Origin: an uncultured bacterium
GTDB taxonomy: Bacteria; Hydrothermota; Tepidihabitantia; SM23-42; CAYGYG01
Direction of reading: 5' to 3'
Assembly (NCBI GenBank): GCA_964354155.1
Contig: CAYGYG010000013.1
Span: 3,696 to 67,695, forward strand
Length of the DNA stretch: 64,000 nucleotides
Below the pieces are notes generated by a model that made no database searches, had not been told where the DNA came from, and saw only the letters and a program-made list of their open reading frames with translations. Every line of letters starts with the position of its first letter. Positions within the stretch are counted from its first letter, which is position 1. The position numbers and the translations under genes were made by a program. This document shows, piece after piece, positions 10,233 to 19,700 of the stretch.

Positions 10233-11347
10233 GGGGACGTTGGTTCCGCACGCACAATTCCTCTTGACCAAAGGACACGGCCGGCTATCATCTGGTTAGC
10301 TTGACTATTGCTATGGCAAGAAAACCAAGACTCGATGCGCCGGGCGCCCTGCATCACATAATCGCCCGGGGTATTGACCGGCAGAGGATCTTCACGGGCC
10401 ATTCCGATTGCATGGACTTTGTGCGCAGGGTGGCCGAGGTAGCGAACGACCTCAAGCCGCAGATCTACGCGTGGGTCTTGATGCCGACCCATTTCCACCT
10501 CTTGCTGCGAACCGGTAATGCGGGCTTGTCGACCGTGATGCGACGCTTGATGACTGGTTACGCGGTGGGATTCAACCTGAGGCACACAAGATCAGGTCAT
10601 TTGTTTCAGAACCGATACAAGTCGTTACTGTGTCAGGATGATCCATATCTCTTGGAGCTCACTAGGTATATCCATCTGAATCCGGTACGCGCCGGGTTGC
10701 TTTCAAGTCTAGAGCAGCTCGATGTCCACCCGTGGTGCGGTCACGCCGTGTTGATGGGCAAGGCGACTTACGCATGGCAGAATGTAGATGCGATACTCTC
10801 GCGATTCGGCCCGAGTCTGAGGGTCGGCCGGCGTGTCTATCGCGACTTTCTGGAGGACGGCCTGTCCAGGAATCAGCCGGCGGGAGACCTTCACCGCAGC
10901 ATCGGCCGGGAAAGCGGTGAGTGGTCGCGAGTACTGTCACGACAGCGACGGAGCGAAAATGCAGCGAGCGATACCCGGGTCTTGGGCAGCGATGATTTCG
11001 TCGAATCGGTGGTCGCGGAGGCCGAACGTCTGGAAAAAAATAGCTTGCGGCTGATGAGGGTGAGGCCGACCGTGGATCTGCTGTGCGGTAGCTTGGCCCT
11101 GGGCCATGACCTTGAGCCTGCTGAAGTGACATCCGGAGCCAAGCGCCGGAAGGTGATTAAGGCCCGGAAGGATGTTGTCTTTATTGCCATGAAGAAGCTC
11201 GGTTATAGCGGAGCCGAGGTCGCACGGCATCTGGGCGTAAGTGCGTCATGCATAAATCGAATTGCGGCCGGCAGCGAGTTGAGCCCGGTCGGCAAGAAAA
11301 TCTTGGACCTGCTGAAAACGTAATGTACTCTCGGAACCAACGTCCCC
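10233..11347 (+). mobile_element. Y1-transposase element bounded by perfect 16-bp terminal inverted repeats, with internal promoter
   Basis: GGGGACGTTGGTTCCG (10233-10248) and CGGAACCAACGTCCCC (11332-11347) enclose one transposase ORF and a TTGACC-N16-TATCAT promoter (10264-10291). No obvious target-site duplication. Confidence 0.8.
10313..11323 (+). CDS. REP-associated-type tyrosine (Y1, HUH) transposase with C-terminal helix-turn-helix
   Basis: MARKPR..PG.LHH, MPTHFHLL (HUH), HLFQNRYKS, RYIHLNPVRAG (catalytic Tyr). C-terminal DnaA-C-like HTH. Confidence 0.88.
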   Translation: MARKPRLDAPGALHHIIARGIDRQRIFTGHSDCMDFVRRVAEVANDLKPQIYAWVLMPTHFHLLLRTGNAGLSTVMRRLMTGYAVGFNLRHTRSGHLFQNRYKSLLCQDDPYLLELTRYIHLNPVRAGLLSSLEQLDVHPWCGHAVLMGKATYAWQNVDAILSRFGPSLRVGRRVYRDFLEDGLSRNQPAGDLHRSIGRESGEWSRVLSRQRRSENAASDTRVLGSDDFVESVVAEAERLEKNSLRLMRVRPTVDLLCGSLALGHDLEPAEVTSGAKRRKVIKARKDVVFIAMKKLGYSGAEVARHLGVSASCINRIAAGSELSPVGKKILDLLKT

Positions 11348-11502
11348 AAGCAAGGGGCGATGGTAATTTAATACCCATTGTCGGTAAGTCCGTACTCAGT
11401 CGGTGGGGTCGGGCATCATAACTTAAGATTCAACAGGTGGCTGGCGGAGGGAACCGGGTATGGTTTTTGCACAACTAACTGGGCGGAAGAACAGGAGGCT
11501 AC

Positions 11503-12870
11503 ATGAAACGATGTACCGTTGTGATTGGGGTTGTTGGGAGCATGATTGCATTCTTTTCTCTGGCCGGAGCCAGAGTCTGGCACGTTCATCCTGACTCGGG
11601 GTTGTGTCGTATACAATGAGCCCTTGATTCATGTGGGACCGGCGACACGGTTCTGGTGGGGCCAGGGACATACTACGAGCACATCGTCTGGCCCGTAACC
11701 CACGGCATTGACCTCGTCAGTGCTCTTGGTCAGGATAGCACGATCATCGATGGCGACAGCACCGGAACGGTAATATCCGTGTCGGCAACGATCGATACGA
11801 CAACGGTCATTAGAGGCTTCACGATTCAGCGCGGATGCGGACCGATGGGAGGAGGCATATTCTGCGTGGCCTCTTCACCGATTATCACCGGCAACACCAT
11901 CACGCGGAACACGGCGCGGGGCGGGGCCGGCATTCTCTGCTACCAGATCGCGGCCCAACCGATTATCCGGGGCAATCTAATCACCCGCAACAGCGCGGTC
12001 TGGGGCGCACAAGGATGGGGCGGCGGCATCGCCGTCTGGTCCGGGGCGCCAACCATCACCGGCAACACGATTACCTCAAACAAGGCCTATTACTTAGGCG
12101 GCGGCATCGAATGCGAAGGCGCGAGTCCAACCATCGCCCATAATACAATTAGCTATGACACTGCTGTGTATTCGGGCGGTAGTGCGGGCGGTGGCGGCAT
12201 CGCCTGCGGTTGGGGAGGAATGTCGCGAATCAGAGGAAACAGGATCACTAGAAACCGCGCCCGCTACGGTGGCGGCGTTTACTGCCGGGACACGGCGTGC
12301 CCGGTCATCGACAGTTGCGACATATCGAACAATGTCATTTACGGACTCTATAACGACTTGGGGGCAAGCCCGGTATTGCGCTACAACACTATCACCGACA
12401 ACATGTGGGAAGCGGTTGTCAACGTGGATTCGACGCAGACCGTTGATGCCCGGTACAACTGGTGGGGCGATTCGACCGGTCCGTTCCATCCGGGCACCAA
12501 CCCGGGCGGCCGGGGCGATACAATAACCGACTATGTCGCCTACAACCCGTGGCTCAGACGACCGGTGGTAGCGATTTGCGAGCCGGTAGCCGTCGGTCCG
12601 CACGTGCCGCTTCTTTCGGTCAATCCGAATCCTTTCCGAGACTGCACCGTAATCGGATTCGGCCTTGAGGGCCGGGCCGCGGGTGCACGGCTGCAAGTCT
12701 TCGACGCGGCCGGACGGTCGGTGAGGTGTCTCGACCTGAGTTCACATTCTCAGTTTGCGGTCTGGGACGGTCGGGATGACTCAGGACGTCGGCTCGCGAG
12801 TGGCGCCTATTTTATCCGGTTCGTATCGGCCCGGGACCAGGAGACCAGGAAAGTTCTGCTCCTACGCTAA
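11503..12870 (+). pseudogene. Exported right-handed beta-helix protein with FlgD-Ig/T9SS-like tail, interrupted by in-frame TGA at 11617-11619
   Basis: AGGAGG-ATG 11503, signal peptide, then IQ*ALDSCGTGDTVLVGPGTY in the same frame as ORF 11656-12870. GGGI/N.I.N beta-helix repeats. Confidence 0.75.
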
Positions 12871-12893
12871 AGAACGCCTTCGCCTGCCTACGG

Positions 12894-12945
12894 CACTGAT
12901 CTTCTGACCGCTGATATCCTTCCCACTGATGTCCGGATATCCTGG
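12894..12945 (+). repeat. Solo copy of the ~55-bp CTGAT-periodic repeat family
   Basis: cactgatcttctgaccgctgatatccttcccactgatgtccggatatcctgg aligns with copies at 28072, 28222, 31068 and 31734, and with inverted copies near 4190 and 27598. Confidence 0.75.
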
Positions 12946-12973
12946 TGTGCCGGCAATCGACGTTCCTTTTCCC

Positions 12974-13001
12974 TTGCTTTTTCCTCTGTTCTCGTTAGAA
13001 T
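12974..13001 (+). promoter_or_regulatory. Promoter TTGCTT-N16-TAGAAT, probably giving a leaderless alr transcript
   Basis: -10 ends 6 nt before the GTG start at 13008. No SD sequence. Confidence 0.5.
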
Positions 13002-13007
13002 CCTTTC

Positions 13008-14171
13008 GTGGGTTACGGTCGCATCTGGGCCGAGATTGATCTCGGTAAACTTGTTGACAACTACCGGAAGGTAAAGAGCCTCTGTCCCAAATCGCGGGTG
13101 CTGGCGCCGATCAAGGCCGATGCCTACGGCCACGGGGCCATCGAAGTAGCCCGCACCCTGGAGCGGGTCGGCATTTTCATGTTTGGCGTCGCCGGCGTCG
13201 CAGAGGGGATCGAGCTTCGCAAAGCCGGCATCCGAACGCCGATTCTCGTGCTCAGCCCGATACCGTTCGAAGAGATCGATGCGATTTTCGAGTACCGCCT
13301 CCGGCCGACCATTTCGGATCCGGCATTCTTCGACATGCTCGAAGAGAAGCTGCGGTTCCGACGTAACCGGAAGCTCGCCGTCCATGTTGAAGTCGATACC
13401 GGCATGACCCGCACCGGTGTTTCCTACGATCAAGCTTTTACCATGATTCCCTGGATCGCCGGCAAGCGCAATCTTGAACTGGAGGGCGTCTTCACGCATT
13501 TCCCGGTCGCCGACACCAGCGTGCCTTTTTCCGAGAAACAGGTCCAAGCGCTGGCGCGGCTCAAGAAACATCTGGCCGGTCAGGGGATAAGGCCCAAGCT
13601 CTTCCATATTGCCAATACCGCAGGTCTTGTCAACCGGCTGGGTGGGCCCTTCAGTCTGGCACGCCCCGGTGTCGCCCTGTACGGTTTGATGCCGGCAAAC
13701 CAGATGCGCGACCGGCTTGGCCTCGACCCGGTCATGGTGCTCAAGACCATGGTCGTCAATGTGCGTGATGTACCCAGGAATGCGGCAATAAGCTATGGCC
13801 ACACATTCCGGACCAAGAAGCGTTCAAAAATCGCCACCCTTTCCGTCGGCTACGGCGACGGTTATCCGCGTTGCCTGTCGAACATCGGCGAAGTCATCAT
13901 CCGCGGCCGCCGCGCCCGGATCGTCGGAACGGTCTGTATGGATCTGATGATGGTCGATGTGAGCGGCATTGCGGATGTTGGCGTGAACGATACCGCCATC
14001 CTGATCGGCCGCGAAGGCCGGGCCGAGATAACGGCTGCCGAATTGGCCCTTAAAGCCAAGACCGTGATCTACGAGATCATCTGCGGTATCGGTCCCCGGG
14101 TGCCGAGGGTCTATTATCAACACGGCCGGTTTCTCCGGGTGCGCAATCTTTTCCTTAGAGGGATGATGTGA
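13008..14171 (+). CDS. alr: Alanine racemase
   Basis: IKADAYGHGA PLP lysine, VDTGMTRTG, THF, R.G..LYG, GYGDG, G.VCMD. Confidence 0.96.
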   Translation: MGYGRIWAEIDLGKLVDNYRKVKSLCPKSRVLAPIKADAYGHGAIEVARTLERVGIFMFGVAGVAEGIELRKAGIRTPILVLSPIPFEEIDAIFEYRLRPTISDPAFFDMLEEKLRFRRNRKLAVHVEVDTGMTRTGVSYDQAFTMIPWIAGKRNLELEGVFTHFPVADTSVPFSEKQVQALARLKKHLAGQGIRPKLFHIANTAGLVNRLGGPFSLARPGVALYGLMPANQMRDRLGLDPVMVLKTMVVNVRDVPRNAAISYGHTFRTKKRSKIATLSVGYGDGYPRCLSNIGEVIIRGRRARIVGTVCMDLMMVDVSGIADVGVNDTAILIGREGRAEITAAELALKAKTVIYEIICGIGPRVPRVYYQHGRFLRVRNLFLRGMM

Positions 14172-14228
14172 ACGGGACGATGAGAGAATGGGAGAAAGAA
14201 TGCGGGGGTGAAATGAGAGGAGACTTCA

Positions 14229-14519
14229 ATGACTGAGAACGAGAAGCAACACGAGCCGCATGCCGACGAACCGATGAACTTCACGTCGCTGGTATTCATG
14301 CTGGCGGCAGGCGCGATGCAGAATATGGGGGTTATTGCCAACCCCGTCACCCAGAAAGTCGAGAAGAACTTGAAGATGGCGCGTCAAACCATTGATCTTC
14401 TGGATATACTGCGCGCCAAGACCCAGGGCAACCTCGACCAGGCGGAAAGCCGGCTCTTGGCCGAGCTGCTCGCTGATTTGAAACTCAAAATCGTGAGACT
14501 CGAGCAAGAAAAGCCTTGA
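14229..14519 (+). CDS. DUF1844 domain protein
   Basis: F..LV..LA..A...MG...NP...K....L..AR.TID.L..L..KT.GNL...E..LL..LL..L. Confidence 0.85.
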   Translation: MTENEKQHEPHADEPMNFTSLVFMLAAGAMQNMGVIANPVTQKVEKNLKMARQTIDLLDILRAKTQGNLDQAESRLLAELLADLKLKIVRLEQEKP

Positions 14520-14622
14520 TGCAAAGCGAGTTGTTTCAAAAGAATGTCGAAAAACGCCTTCTCATTAATAATCACGGTAAACGAGTTTACCGAGACTTTT
14601 TCAGCGAACTCCTCATTTTCTG

Positions 14623-14650
14623 TTGACAATGCGATACTTATGAATATAAT
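14623..14650 (+). promoter_or_regulatory. sigma70-type promoter TTGACA-N16-TATAAT for the LysM-TPR operon
   Basis: Perfect hexamers about 240 nt upstream of ATG 14891. Confidence 0.75.
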
Positions 14651-14890
14651 AATTTTTGGGTTATACGTTTGTATCTCCCTAAGGCCTAAGGCCCCGTAGG
14701 GGGACACAGTGGTGTCGTAGAGAGAAGTGCCTGACCAACAAGGCGGACGGCTGCCGGTTGGGTTCGTTAACGTCTGTTTATTTAGGAGGATAAGCTTACT
14801 CTCACCGGTTGGTGAGCAGGTTGCTCTTGTGGTTGATCAGAGGTAAGTTACTTGGCCCGTGAAGCAACGATAGATCTTTAAGGAGGAAAG

Positions 14891-15928
14891 ATGAAAAAGG
14901 TTTTGATCTGTGTCTGTTTTCTCGTCTGCCTTTTTGCGGAAGACGTGACATACATGGTAAAACAGGGCGACACCCTGTGGGACATCGCCGGATTCTACTA
15001 CCAGAATCCCTACCTTTGGCCGGTCATCTGGAACGCGAACCTTGAGAAAGTCAGTGATCCCCACTGGATCTATCCCGAGCAGGTTCTGATCATACCGCCG
15101 TCACCGGAGTCGACCCTGGCCGGGGACTCGGTACCGATTGTTGCGCCGGAGACGCTCGTTATCGTTGAGGAGGACACGACTACCTACACGTACTATGCGC
15201 CGAAACCCCACGGACAAGAGATCGAAGTATCTTTTGTCGCGGCCGATAGGAAGGTCTTTTCCGAGGAGCTCATCCATCGCTGTGGCTATCTTGCGGAAGA
15301 AGAGATCATTGCCGCGGCGAAGATCATTCGCAGTGAGCCGGAGCGGGAGCGCATTACCAACTTTATGAAGGTCTATGTCGACCGCACGACGCCGGAAACC
15401 AATGTGGGCGACGTTTACAGCATCTACCGGATGGGTGACGTGGTCGACGACCCGGCCACCGGGCAGTACCTCGGCAAGGTCGTCGACATTCTCGGCAAAT
15501 TGAAGATTGAAGAGGCGGCCGAAGGCGGCACCCGCGCCCAGGTTACCGTTTCCCACGATATCATCAAGCCGGGCGAGCTGCTCGTGCCCTACCCGAAGTT
15601 CGAGATCCCGACCAACGTCACGCTGAAGGTGACCAGCCGCTTGCTCGAGGGGCAGGTTGCCTACGTCCGGAGCAAGACGACCTTGACGCAGAATTATACG
15701 ATCGTTTTCCTCAATGTCGGGGCCAACAGTGACGTGACGATCGGCGACGTATTCCGCATCTATGAAGAGAAGACGTACGGCGGCCGCAAACTGCCCGACC
15801 TTTCCGTCGGCGAGGTGCTGGTGGTCAACGCACGGCCCAGCTCATGCGTCGGCCTTGTCTCCTGGCGCCGCTTGACGCACAAGATCGTGCGCGGTGACAA
15901 GGTGCGGTTGTACCAAGAGGCGCATTGA
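14891..15928 (+). CDS. Exported LysM peptidoglycan-binding protein, TsaP-like architecture
   Basis: Signal peptide, VKQGDTLWDIA..Y.NPYLWP.IW..N....DPHWIYP LysM, beta-rich C-terminal domains. Confidence 0.85.
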   Translation: MKKVLICVCFLVCLFAEDVTYMVKQGDTLWDIAGFYYQNPYLWPVIWNANLEKVSDPHWIYPEQVLIIPPSPESTLAGDSVPIVAPETLVIVEEDTTTYTYYAPKPHGQEIEVSFVAADRKVFSEELIHRCGYLAEEEIIAAAKIIRSEPERERITNFMKVYVDRTTPETNVGDVYSIYRMGDVVDDPATGQYLGKVVDILGKLKIEEAAEGGTRAQVTVSHDIIKPGELLVPYPKFEIPTNVTLKVTSRLLEGQVAYVRSKTTLTQNYTIVFLNVGANSDVTIGDVFRIYEEKTYGGRKLPDLSVGEVLVVNARPSSCVGLVSWRRLTHKIVRGDKVRLYQEAH

Positions 15929-16392
15929 TGCAAGAGCAGGCACTGCTCAAAGGCATCTACCTGTTTCGCGAACTCACGCCCAAGGAGACCGATCTGGTCA
16001 TTTCGATCTCCAGGGAGCAGACGTACAAAAAGAATGCTGTCATCTTCAAAGAAGGTGAAAAGGGCGATGCCTTTTACGTCGTGGTCTCGGGCTCGGTCCG
16101 GATCTCGACGATTGTGCCGGGGGTAGGTGAGGAGGCACTGACCGTGCTGCGGAGCGGCGAATACTTCGGTGAGATGGCGCTGATCGACGACGCGTCCCGC
16201 TCGGCCAGTGCGATCGCCAACGAAGACACGCTTCTGATATCGATTGCGAAAAAGGACTTCGAGAATCTGCTGGCGAAGAACACCGACCTTGCCTACAAGC
16301 TGCTCTGGGTATTCACGAGAACCTTGTGTAGCCGGTTGCGCAAGACGGATGAACAGCTCAAGTCGATATTCGCCATCGCGAAGAACTTCTGA
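15928..16392 (+). CDS. Stand-alone cyclic-nucleotide-binding domain protein
   Basis: IFKEGEKGD.FY.V.SG.V, GEYFGEMAL....RSASA.A. Confidence 0.92.
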   Translation: MQEQALLKGIYLFRELTPKETDLVISISREQTYKKNAVIFKEGEKGDAFYVVVSGSVRISTIVPGVGEEALTVLRSGEYFGEMALIDDASRSASAIANEDTLLISIAKKDFENLLAKNTDLAYKLLWVFTRTLCSRLRKTDEQLKSIFAIAKNF

Positions 16393-16398
16393 TCGCGC

Positions 16399-16728
16399 AT
16401 GGCCGATACGTTCTTTTTGCTCGTCTTCCTGAGCGTCCTCGTCGAGCGCGTCAGCGAAAAACTGCTATACCTTCTGCCGGGGAAGAGGCGGGTGTGGGCC
16501 TGGGTTGTTTCGACAATCCTTGCGCTCCTGATCACCTTTCTCTTCCGGGTCGGCCTGCTGGGCATGATGGGGTTTGCCGCCTCGTCCGGAACCGCCAGCC
16601 GACTCGACTACGTAATCACGGCGCTTTTAATTGCCTCGGGCAGCGAACCGATTCATGTTCTGTTTCGGACGCTCGAGTACAAGAAAGAAGAGATAAGAGG
16701 AAAGGCGAAAGCCGCGAAGGATGCTTGA
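16399..16728 (+). CDS. Small membrane protein with about 3 transmembrane helices, holin-like pattern
   Basis: Hydrophobic segments. VITALLIASGSEPIH resembles the TG..ISRGSN..HD motif of putative holins (weak). Confidence 0.6.
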   Translation: MADTFFLLVFLSVLVERVSEKLLYLLPGKRRVWAWVVSTILALLITFLFRVGLLGMMGFAASSGTASRLDYVITALLIASGSEPIHVLFRTLEYKKEEIRGKAKAAKDA

Positions 16729-19700
16729 GTTTTTCTCCAGCCATGACCGAGAAAAGATCCTCGAGAAGGCTCGGAAACTGAAGGCGGACGGACGGGTCGA
16801 GCAGGCGATCAAGACGCTGGAAAGCTCGGTCTCGTCCTCGCCGGAGGATTTCGACCTGTATCTCGAACTGGGACGCTACTGCTTTGAGGGCGGACGGAGG
16901 ATTGATGCGGTCGCGGCCCTGCGTAAAGCCCTTGCTCTGGACAGCCAACGCGCCGATGAAGTGGTCGGCACGCTCACCGATCTTCACTACCGGGGTTCAT
17001 CGCCCATTGAGACCGGGGATGCCCTGCTCGAGATGTACATCGTCCGCCGCGATTTTGAAGAGGTCGAGCGGACGCTGAAATCGCTGTCCACCAAGGATCT
17101 GCAGTTCCTCGAGACCCGGTATCTCAAGATTTTCGAAAACACCTACAAGAACAAGAATCCGGCCGAATACACCGCCCGGGAAACCAACATCCTCCTCCAG
17201 CTGGCGAGCGTCGAGATTTTCATCGGACGCATGGAACGCGGCTTTGAGCTGGCCGAGAAGTTCTTGGGCGTCAAGGAGAGCGAGCGGCCCGCGGTCCAGA
17301 ACTGGGCCAAAAGCGTGTGCCGGTGGAAGTGGGGCAAGGCGCTGTCCCAGTTCTACTTGATGCGCCTGCTGCTGGCCGCCCAAAAATACGAGGAAGCGCT
17401 TCAGGTTGCCCAGCGCGCGGTCGAATTCGACAAGACCTACAGCCTGCGGATTCACGAGGAGTTTGCGAAAGTCGCGTTGCCGCCCAAAATCCAGGTCGAG
17501 TTTCTTTCGTTTCTCTCTTCACTTGAGGTCGGCGCCAAGGACATCGACGGTGCGATTGCCAACTTGAACCGCCTGCTCAATCTTGATACCGGGCGCACCG
17601 ACGACGTCATCCGCGGCTTCCGCGATCTGTTGCGGATGGCCCCAAAGGAGTCGAAGGTCATTTTTGCCTTGGGCGATGCCTACCTTCACGCCAAGCGGAG
17701 CGGCCTTGCGGTCGAGGAGTATGCCAAAGTACTGGAGATCGATCCCGAGAAGACCGATGAGGTCCTAAGTCGATATCAGGCCGTGCTCAAGGTCGATTCC
17801 AAAAACCCGCAGGTGATCGCCGCCTTAGTCGAGGGCTATCTGGCCAAGAACGACATCGCCAAGGCGACCGAAGTCATTGATCAGTCCTACCAGGCCGACC
17901 CGGGACTGATCGAGGAGTACCTGCCGAATCTCAATACGATTCTCGATCGCGACATGAACAACATGAAGGCGCTCAACCTGCTGGGGCTCGTCTATCTCAA
18001 GAAGGGCGAGATCGATAATGCGATCCTGATTTTCGAGAACCTCTTGAGCCGGGGCAGCGAGGGGCAGGTCCTGGCCGAGGCCGGCAGCCGGGCCGTACTG
18101 CTGGCGATGTCGGATAGTATCCCGGCCCTGAAAGTGTTGACCGACGCGCTGCTGCTGCAGGGCCGCGGGCCGGAAGCCCTCAAGCTCATCGGCGGGCGGG
18201 TCAAGGCCGACCCGGCGACCGCCCTGGAGCTCGTCGCCAAGCTCGACGCGATCCTCAAGGCCGACCCGGCCTTGATCGAGTCGGGCCGCGGCATCTACGA
18301 GGAATTCAAGATCCAGGATGAGTTTCTGGTCGGCCTGGTCGTGGGACGCAGTTTTGCCTACCAGAAAAACTACGCCCGGGCGCAGGAATCGTTCCAGAAG
18401 TGCCTGGCCCTCGACCCGGCGCGCCACGATCTGGTGAAGAAAGTGCTGATGGAGCTGGTTCAGGACGACTCGAAGGCGGTTCCGCTCATGGTTTACATCG
18501 CCCGCATCTTCCTTAAGGAAGGCGACATCGAGAAGAGCGCCCGGTTCTTCCGGGCCGCGCAGATGGTCGACCCTTCGATCTTCGCTGAAATCATCGATGA
18601 TTTCTACGACATCGTCAAGGCGCACCCTGAGGACGTCATGATGCGGCGGCTGTTGGTCGAAAGCCTTCTCAACAAGGGACTTTTCGACCGCACGATCGAG
18701 GAATGCCGGATAACGACCGAAGCGGTAAGTCCGGCGGACGGCGCGTATTTCCACTTAAAACAGGCCCAGGCGATGCTGGCGAAGGGTCGGCTGACCGACG
18801 CGGTGCGTCCCTTCATGCTCGCCCAGGAGCATAACGTCAACTTCACCAACGAGGTCATCGGCGGCCTGGAAAAGATTCTATCGATCGACAAGAACAACAT
18901 TGCGGCCCACTTCGCGCTCGGCCGGGCCTACGGGGCGGCGCGCATGGTCAATAAGGCGGTCGAGGAACTGCTCCTGACCGCCCGCATCGTGCCGACCCGG
19001 GTCAGTTACGTCATGGACGAACTCAAGAGGCTTGAGACGCTGGCCCCGGCCAACGCGATGGTCCATTTCGCCCAGGGGTTGCTCCACGTCAGCCAGAAAA
19101 ACTTGAAGGAAGGCATCGGCGAGCTCGATCAGGCCCGGGAGATGGACAAGAGCCTGCTCGACAAGATCATCCCGGTCTACGAGAAGCTCGAGACCGAGGG
19201 GACGTCGCCCGAGCTCCTCCTGAGCCAGGCGCGCGCTTACTCGGACAAGGGTTCGTACAACTTCGCGGTCGACTTCTTCCGGAAGGCGTTCGAGAGCGAC
19301 CCCGGGCGGCTCGAGCAGATTGTTTCGGGGCTCAAGACGATCTGTACCGTCCAGCCGGACAACGCCGAAGCACGCCGGCTCCTGGCGCGGATCTACTTTG
19401 ACTACAACGCGCTGGACGATGCCGTCTCGGTGGCCCGCGAAATCTATGGTTCGAGTGCCACCCACCGCATCTGGGCGATCGACTTTGCGCGCGAAGTGCT
19501 GACCAAGAATCCCCAACACATCCCGACCTACTATTTTCTAGCCGAGCTATGCTTCGACGAGGGTAAATTCAAAGAGGGAATCGAAACGCTGGAGCGGCTC
19601 CGGGGATTCGCCCCGCACGAAGTGCCGGCGATGATCGACCGGGCGGAAGCGGTCTACCAGAACAACCAGTATGTGCCGGAGATCGTGATTTTCCTGGCCG

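Noticed and set aside
10313-11323. Classical IS200/IS605 element with TnpB
   Set aside because: No tnpB, the protein is about twice TnpA length with RAYT-type motifs, and the ends are TIRs.
14660-14890. c-di-AMP (ydaO) riboswitch, 6S RNA or tRNA in the LysM leader
   Set aside because: Only isolated words (GGGGGAC, GGTTGGTGAGC) match; the conserved cores and a cloverleaf are absent. Kept only as an unassigned leader.
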